The notes beneath the pieces were generated by a model that saw only the letters and a program-made list of their open reading frames with translations, was not told the DNA's origin and made no database searches. A program made the position numbers and the translations under genes. From NCBI GenBank assembly GCA_903896925.1, contig CAITZM010000016.1:859-64858 (forward strand): a stretch of DNA of 64,000 nt. Reading direction: 5' to 3'. Below, piece by piece: positions 54,698-61,135 of the stretch; the first letter of the stretch is position 1; the number at the start of each line of letters is the position of its first letter. The DNA is from an uncultured Lentisphaerota bacterium (GTDB lineage: Bacteria > Verrucomicrobiota > Kiritimatiellia > CAIQIC01).

Positions 54698-55534
54698 TTA
54701 TTTCCGGCGGCGTACGTAGAGCAGCGCACCCAATCCGCTCAGGGCGCACAGGGTCAGCGTCGTTGGCTCGGGGATGGCGACCACGCCGGTGTTGAGTCCG
54801 GCCAGGGCTTCCTCTGCGGTGGTGACCACCAGGATATTGTCGTAGTTCCGGGTTTCCGGGCTGACAGGATCAGCCGCCAACCGCAAGGAGCCGATGGTGG
54901 TCAGGGCTCCCTCCAGCACGAAACCGCTGACCAGGGGCGAGCCCAAGCTCACGCCGTCCGTCAGGTTGGCGTCCACATACAAGTCACCCGTGTTAAAGGT
55001 GCCGCTGCTGCCCGTGTCGTAAAAGTGCGCCAGCACCGCGATGTTTTCGCCGTCGGCCACCGTATAACCATCGATAGACGTGCCGTACATGGGTCCGCCC
55101 AAGCGGACCTGCATGTTATTTCCCCACCACCCGGCCATGCCGGCAAACTGCGTGTTTCGGGGATCGGCCGGGAGCGATGTGTCCGCCAACAGGTGCCCGC
55201 CTCCCGCCCAAGTATCCGGGGCCTGCGGGCGCATTAAAAAGCCCAGCCAGATGCCTTGCGCCGAGGCGCTGACCGGGTTGCTCAGGAATGCCATGGGATA
55301 CGCGGTGGCGGCAAGGTAGTTGCCTTGCGAGACGCCGTTGACCACAAATGGATCGGCGGTTTCCGTCGTGCAGCCGGCACCACTGCCGAAAACGGTTCCG
55401 CTCCAATCCACCCACGAGTTCGTATAGGCGCCGCTGTCCGCACCTGCCGAGAGGAATAGCACCTCCGCTCCTGCGCGCGGCAGTACCGCCAACAACAAGA
55501 CGGCCGTTGAACAAGCGAGCAACCTGGTTTTCAT
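54698..55534 (-). CDS. PEP-CTERM sorting-domain secreted protein
   Basis: Trimmed to the ATG at 55534 (MKTRLLACSTAVLLLAVLPRAGA, signal peptide). The C-terminus VAIPEPTTLTLCALSGLGALLYVRRRK is the PEP motif, then a TM segment, then a basic tail. Confidence 0.75.
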   Translation of the reverse strand: MKTRLLACSTAVLLLAVLPRAGAEVLFLSAGADSGAYTNSWVDWSGTVFGSGAGCTTETADPFVVNGVSQGNYLAATAYPMAFLSNPVSASAQGIWLGFLMRPQAPDTWAGGGHLLADTSLPADPRNTQFAGMAGWWGNNMQVRLGGPMYGTSIDGYTVADGENIAVLAHFYDTGSSGTFNTGDLYVDANLTDGVSLGSPLVSGFVLEGALTTIGSLRLAADPVSPETRNYDNILVVTTAEEALAGLNTGVVAIPEPTTLTLCALSGLGALLYVRRRK

Positions 55535-55764
55535 GTGTATTTGATTCCTCATGGGTTGAGTGCGCGGCACGTGGATTCCCTGCGCCCGGCAGGGAGGCCC
55601 AAGCCGGACCGGTAAGCGCGGGGCAGACAGCGGATGGAGGGAGGGCACCGTCTCACAAACGCACGCTGGCATGGTAAAAGCACGGGCGAATTTTCGCGCT
55701 CTGTCCTGCAAAGTCAAGCCGTGCCGTGCCCGTTTCTAACTTGAAGCCCAACCCGCGCCCCTCA

Positions 55765-58125
55765 TCACTCCCGCATCACGCCGAGGCGGAGGAAGGGCAG
55801 GATCTCGTCGCGCAGCGGACGGCTCAGGTCGAAGCAGACGAAGCCGGTCGCGCCGAGCTTGCGCAGGCCGACGATCTGCGCGATGGCCTGGTCGGGCCGC
55901 AGGCGGCTCTCCATCGCCGCGATGCCGAGGCCGGGATAGACCCGCCCCTCCGCGCCGGGCAGCGCGAGGTGCTGCGCGGTCCGTGCGAGGAACACGTTCG
56001 TGTCCTCGGTGTAGTTCATCGGGCAGACGAAATCCACATAGCCGTTCTTCAGCCACACCGCCCAGTCCTGGCCGACGCTGGCGGCGCACTCGGGGTAGCC
56101 GGCGTAGACCGCGGCGGATACCTTGATGCCGGGCCGCGCGGCGCGGACGCGCTGGCTGACCTGCCGCACGAAGGCGGTCATCGTGGCGCAGCGGAAGCGC
56201 TCGAACTCGGCGGCGAACGCCCCGCCGTGCGCACAGCTGGCGGGCCAGCCGCGGACGGCGCTGCCGCGTGCCGCTTCGAACGCGCGGCGTGCCGCCGGCG
56301 AGAAGTCCACCGACCGGTCGTTGTAGCGGATGTAGTCGAGGTGCAGCCCGTCCACCGGATAGCGGCGCACGAGGTCCTCGTAGGTGTTGAGCAACATGGC
56401 CACATTGTCGGGATGCGAGGGGCTCAGCCACGTCGTGCTCTTGCCGGCGGAGGTCTCCTGCAGGCGGCCGGCGCGGCGCAGCCGCGTCATGAACTCGTCC
56501 GGTGCGTTGCCGGGGTTCCAGCAGACGGCCCAGCAGTGCAACTGCAGCCCGCTGGCGTGCGCCGCGGTGACCGCGGCGGCCAGCTGGTCGCCGAAGCGCG
56601 CGCTGCTGAACGAGCGCGGCAGCGTGGCGCTCGGGAAGTGGGCCACGCCGCCCCAGAGCAGGTTGGCGAACACCGCGTTGAAGCGGCCCGCCGCCAGCTC
56701 GCGGCAGGTGCGCGACCAGTCGCCGGGATAGAGGCCCAGCCCCGAGTGTTCCCAGACCCCGCGCAGCTCGCCTCGCCGGGGTGCCTGCGCCGAGGCGTAG
56801 GCCACGGTGACGGCGTGGTCGAGCGCACGGCACTGGTCGACGGCCTCGGCGTAGCGGCGCGCCGCGAAGAGCGGGGGCAGGCCGGCGTAAATTTTCTCCG
56901 CCTCCGGCAGCGCGCCGAGCAGCGCGCGCGAGGCGCCGAAGGAGGCCGTGCCCACGACGCAGCCCGCGCGGTAATAGGCCTGCGCGGCGGCCTGCGGCCA
57001 GATGGCGGGGTCGAGCTGGCCGAGCAGCCCGAGCAGCATGCGTTGCTTGTTGGCCAGGTCCTCGTCCTGCAACACGTGCGCGAACCACACGCCCTGCGCC
57101 GAAGCCGTCCAGGCGGGCGCCGACGCGCGCTGCCCGGCCGCGTTTTCCCACCACGCGATCGTGCGTGCGGTGTCATCGGCCGGCAGCGCGGGCTGGATGT
57201 TGCTCGACTCCTGGGCGACGCAGGCGGGCACGTTCCAGCCGGCGGGGTCGGTGAAACGGAAGGCGCTCCAGCGGCCGGGCACCTCGGTGCGCTGGTAAGC
57301 GCCCAGCCTCAGGTGCATCTGCCTTGCCAGCGCCTCGTTGGCGCTGTAGCAGACCATCAGCTTGCCGCCGCGCTCGAGCAGGGCTGTCAGCGCGCGGGCC
57401 TCCCCTTTCAGGGGTTGCGAATTATAGGGCAGGATGGCCACGCTGGCGTTCTTGAGCGCCTCCGGCGTGTCGTCATCTGTCACCACGTTGTGGCCGATGC
57501 CGAGGTTGCTCAACCAACCCGAGATCAGCTTGGTCGCGCGCTGCGCCGACTTGCGCTCCGCCGGACCGTCCACCGACGAGGTCCCCTGCACCACAACCAC
57601 CCCGCCGAGGCGCGCGCTGATGCCGTGCACGACGAGGCGGACATCGTTCGACTGGCCCCGCCACGCCGAGACGCGGAGTGCTTCGATCTTTTGCCAGCCC
57701 GCCGGCCTGTCTTCCATGGTGAATTCGCTGCGCGGCAGGATCACCCGCTGCCGTCCCGCCCCGGTCAGGTACGCGCTGCCGCTGAACCAGCCCTTGCCGC
57801 TCTTGAGATGGATGGTCAGCGACTTGAACGCCGCCGGGCGGTCGCATGTCAGGTCGAGCTCGAGGCACGTCGCCCCCGCGAGGTTGGCGGAGAGCTCATG
57901 GTCCCAATAGGCGCGGTGGGTCAGGGTGAACGGACACGGGAATTCGACGCCGCCGCCTTCCGCGGCGTGCGGCCGCGGCCCACGCTCCTGGGCCTGCCAC
58001 CCGTCCGCCTGGCCCCCGCCATCGAGCCGCACGGCGCCCTCGGTGACCGGCGCGTTGCCCCAGCCCCAAGCCCGGCAGGAAGCCGCCACCGCCAACGACA
58101 CGACCAGCAGCCAAGTTTTTTTCAC
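55765..58125 (-). CDS. Large lipoprotein with a GHL10/DUF187-like TIM-barrel glycoside-hydrolase-like domain (tentative)
   Basis: 786 aa with signal peptide MKKTWLLVVSLAVAASC. GLHLDYIRYND and DFVCPMNY resemble GHL10-type proteins. Low certainty on the family. Confidence 0.4.
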   Translation of the reverse strand: MKKTWLLVVSLAVAASCRAWGWGNAPVTEGAVRLDGGGQADGWQAQERGPRPHAAEGGGVEFPCPFTLTHRAYWDHELSANLAGATCLELDLTCDRPAAFKSLTIHLKSGKGWFSGSAYLTGAGRQRVILPRSEFTMEDRPAGWQKIEALRVSAWRGQSNDVRLVVHGISARLGGVVVVQGTSSVDGPAERKSAQRATKLISGWLSNLGIGHNVVTDDDTPEALKNASVAILPYNSQPLKGEARALTALLERGGKLMVCYSANEALARQMHLRLGAYQRTEVPGRWSAFRFTDPAGWNVPACVAQESSNIQPALPADDTARTIAWWENAAGQRASAPAWTASAQGVWFAHVLQDEDLANKQRMLLGLLGQLDPAIWPQAAAQAYYRAGCVVGTASFGASRALLGALPEAEKIYAGLPPLFAARRYAEAVDQCRALDHAVTVAYASAQAPRRGELRGVWEHSGLGLYPGDWSRTCRELAAGRFNAVFANLLWGGVAHFPSATLPRSFSSARFGDQLAAAVTAAHASGLQLHCWAVCWNPGNAPDEFMTRLRRAGRLQETSAGKSTTWLSPSHPDNVAMLLNTYEDLVRRYPVDGLHLDYIRYNDRSVDFSPAARRAFEAARGSAVRGWPASCAHGGAFAAEFERFRCATMTAFVRQVSQRVRAARPGIKVSAAVYAGYPECAASVGQDWAVWLKNGYVDFVCPMNYTEDTNVFLARTAQHLALPGAEGRVYPGLGIAAMESRLRPDQAIAQIVGLRKLGATGFVCFDLSRPLRDEILPFLRLGVMRE

Positions 58126-58420
58126 GCGTATTTCCTTTGCACGGCGGCCAATCTAGCGGAGAACCCGCCCCGGTCAAGGCGCATTTCCGACCTGCGCGTG
58201 GCGGCATGGATTTGTTGCGCGCGAACCGGTGCCATGCGCCGTGGCATACTGGGGGCTTCTCGCTGCAGAACCTTTCGCGCAGGTGCTACCCGGAGGGCCG
58301 ATGAGTACGGGTAACGCGCCAAGGCGTAATGCCTCCTCTGTCGTGTTTTATTTTTCCGGTTTGGCGCCTCAACGGTAAAAAATCCCGGTGTTCCCCGGCG
58401 TTTTCTGTCACTCGTCGTGG

Positions 58421-58434
58421 CTTTCCCAGGAAAG
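58421..58434. promoter_or_regulatory. Palindrome CTTTCCCAGGAAAG upstream of the FAD-oxidase gene, followed by a CT-rich tract with 4 copies of the YTCTGAY heptamer (about 58506..58535)
   Basis: Read directly. Confidence 0.3.
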
Positions 58435-58585
58435 AGTTTTTGCTTTGCAGCAGTACCCTCTGTGACCTCCTCCGACCTCCGCGTCCTCTGCGGTGAAATC
58501 TTTTCTCCGCTGTCTTCTGACCTCTGATCTCTGACTTCTGATCGCTTTCTGCCGCCGCTCTCCGCTCTCGACGCGGCGGGGGCGA

Positions 58586-60175
58586 GTGCGGCATATTCCG
58601 GCCATGCAAAACGATTTCATATCCACGAACGTGGCGGCGGAGCATCCGGATTTTCTGCGCGACGAGTCGCGGCGCAGCGGCACGGCCGAGGCGCTCGCGC
58701 AGCCGCGCACGGAGGCGGAACTGCGCGCGGCTTTGGCCCTGGCGCAGGAGCGCGGATGGTCCGTCACCGTGCAGGGCGGGCGCACCGGCATCGCCGGCGG
58801 CGCGGTGCCGGAGGGCGGTCTGGTCGTCAATCTCGGGCGGATGAACCGCGTGCTGGGATTGCGCCAGGCGGGCGGCGGCTTTGTCGTGACGGCGCAACCG
58901 GGCGTGGTGCTGCAGGACCTGCGGCGCATGTTGCATGCGCGCGAGTTCGCCACCGCGGACTGGAGCGCGGAGTCGCTGGCGGCGCTGGCCGCACTGCGCG
59001 CCGCACCGCCGCAAGTTTTCCCGCCCGACCCGACGGAGACGACCGCAACGCTCGGCGGCATGGCGGCGTGCAACGCGTCGGGCGCCTGTACCTTCCGCTA
59101 TGGCGCGACGCGCCGGCATATCGCCGGCCTGCGGCTGATGCTGCCGGATGGCGACGTGCTCGCGCTGCCACGCGGAGCGGCGCAGGCGCAGGGCCGCGAG
59201 TTTGCGCTGGAGACGGTGGCGCACCGCCGGCTCGCGGGGCGCCTGCCGGCCTATCGACTGCCCGCGGTGAAGAACGCCGCCGGCTTCTTCGCCGCCGACG
59301 GGATGGACCTGGTGGACCTGTTCATCGGCGCGGAAGGCACGCTGGGCATCCTGACGGAGTTGGACCTGCAGTTGCAGCCGGCGCCGGTGGCACGCTGGGG
59401 TCTGATGATGTTCTTCCCCGACCAGGCGGCGGCGGTCCGGCTGGTCCACGCGGCGCGCGCGGCAGGCGATGCCCGGCTGGCGGCGCTGGAGTTTTTCGAT
59501 GCGCGTGCGCTGGCCCTGCTGCGGCGCGAACGGCCGCGGATGACGGCGCTGGGGGCGCTGCCGGAGATGCCGGCGCACTTCCACACGGCGGTCTACGCCG
59601 AGGTGCACGCGGCCGATGAGGATGCCGCGGCGGAGTCCGCGACGGCCCTCGCCGGGCTGATGACCGCCAGCGGTGGCAACGAAGACGCCTGCTGGCTGGC
59701 GACGAGCGACCCGGACATGGAAAAGTTCAAGGCGTTCCGCCATGCGCTGCCGGAAGCGGTCAACCACCTGATCGACGAGCGGCGCAAGACCGAGCCGACG
59801 CTGACGAAGCTCGGCACCGACATGGCCGTGCCGGATGCGCATCTGGGCGCGATCCTCGAACGCTACGAGCGCGACCTCACGGCGGCGGGGCTGGACTACG
59901 TCATCTTCGGCCACATCGGCAACAACCACCTGCACGTGAACATCCTCCCCGCCAGCAAGGCGGACTACCAGCGCGGCCGCGAACTCTACCTGGCTTGGGC
60001 ACGCGACGTGGTGGGGTGGGGCGGCACGGTCGCCGCCGAGCACGGCATCGGCAAGCTCAAGGCGCCGATGCTCGAGGTCATGTTCGGCGCGGCGGGCATC
60101 GCGGAGATGCGCGCGGTGAAGCGCGTCTTCGATCCCGCCGGCCGCCTCAGCCCCGGCAACCTGTTCAGCGCGTGA
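58586..60175 (+). CDS. FAD-binding PCMH-type oxidoreductase (GlcD/D-lactate dehydrogenase-like)
   Basis: 529 aa. SVTVQGGRTGIAGGAVPEGGLVVNLGRMNRV matches the FAD_binding_4 signature. The ATG at 58604 (MQNDFIST) is an alternative start. Confidence 0.75.
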   Translation: MRHIPAMQNDFISTNVAAEHPDFLRDESRRSGTAEALAQPRTEAELRAALALAQERGWSVTVQGGRTGIAGGAVPEGGLVVNLGRMNRVLGLRQAGGGFVVTAQPGVVLQDLRRMLHAREFATADWSAESLAALAALRAAPPQVFPPDPTETTATLGGMAACNASGACTFRYGATRRHIAGLRLMLPDGDVLALPRGAAQAQGREFALETVAHRRLAGRLPAYRLPAVKNAAGFFAADGMDLVDLFIGAEGTLGILTELDLQLQPAPVARWGLMMFFPDQAAAVRLVHAARAAGDARLAALEFFDARALALLRRERPRMTALGALPEMPAHFHTAVYAEVHAADEDAAAESATALAGLMTASGGNEDACWLATSDPDMEKFKAFRHALPEAVNHLIDERRKTEPTLTKLGTDMAVPDAHLGAILERYERDLTAAGLDYVIFGHIGNNHLHVNILPASKADYQRGRELYLAWARDVVGWGGTVAAEHGIGKLKAPMLEVMFGAAGIAEMRAVKRVFDPAGRLSPGNLFSA

Positions 60176-60182
60176 TTCCGCT

Positions 60183-61004
60183 TCACCTGTCGAGTGTGTC
60201 GTCCGCCAGGATGGCGCGGGTGGAGGCGAGTTGCAGGAAGCGTTGCTGGCAGTTCTGCGAGCGGCGATAGGTTTTGTGGTCCACGTAGCTGGCACCCCGC
60301 TCGCACGCATCTTTGGTCTGCTCGCGCGCGACGGGTTGGATGCCCTGCGCTATGAGCGTGATGGCGCTGGCGTGGAAGAGGTAGCGCGAAAGCGCAAACG
60401 CGGAGAGGCCGCGGATGCGATGGCCGGCGCGCACCAGCTGCTCGTTGACCTCGCAGGTGATGTCCAGGCTGTTGGCCGTGCTGAAACGGCAGCCGAGCTG
60501 GCGGAAGGGCGCGGTCTCGTAGAGCGCGCAGAACGAGCGCAACGCCGGCACCCCCGGCGCGAGTTCACGGACGCGCAGATGCTGCAGCACCGCCGACGGC
60601 AGCCAGAGCGGCGTGCGTACCGGCACCCGCTGGTGGCGCGGTCCGACGGCCGCATACCCGGTGCGCGCCAGGTCCAGCAGGTAGTCCAGCCAGCCGGGAT
60701 GATGCACGTAGGTGTCGGAATGCATCAGCAGAAAATAGGGCGTGGTGACCAGGGGCACGGCGGCGTTCAGGGCCTCGAAGTGCGCTTTCCAGCAGTGGTT
60801 GGTGCAGCCGGTGGTGACGAGTTCGATCCAGGGCACGGCGCGCAGATAGTCCAGCGAGGCGTCGCGCGAGCCGTTGTCGAGCACGCGGACGAGGCAGGGC
60901 TGGCGGGTGAATTTGCGGAGCGAGCGCAGGCAGAGCTTGATGGAATCCAGCGTTTGAAAGTGCGGGATCAAAACTGTGACCGCGGTGTTTCCCCTGTCTT
61001 CCAT
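60183..61004 (-). CDS. Family 2 glycosyltransferase
   Basis: The start was trimmed to the internal ATG (MEDRGNTAVTVLIPHFQTLDSIKLCLRSL...VLDNGSRD, GT2 DxD-type fold). The track ORF's 47-codon N-extension would overlap the divergent coiled-coil gene. Confidence 0.65.
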   Translation of the reverse strand: MEDRGNTAVTVLIPHFQTLDSIKLCLRSLRKFTRQPCLVRVLDNGSRDASLDYLRAVPWIELVTTGCTNHCWKAHFEALNAAVPLVTTPYFLLMHSDTYVHHPGWLDYLLDLARTGYAAVGPRHQRVPVRTPLWLPSAVLQHLRVRELAPGVPALRSFCALYETAPFRQLGCRFSTANSLDITCEVNEQLVRAGHRIRGLSAFALSRYLFHASAITLIAQGIQPVAREQTKDACERGASYVDHKTYRRSQNCQQRFLQLASTRAILADDTLDR

Positions 61005-61135
61005 GGCAATGCATCTCTTTCGCGGCGGAAGCATAAACAAAGTTGGCGGCACGGAAAGCTTTTTCCGGCGCGCCGGAAGTGGCGCCTGTCGCGCGGCTTG
61101 CGTTTCCTCTGGGTTCATGGTAGGTGAAAAGGACT

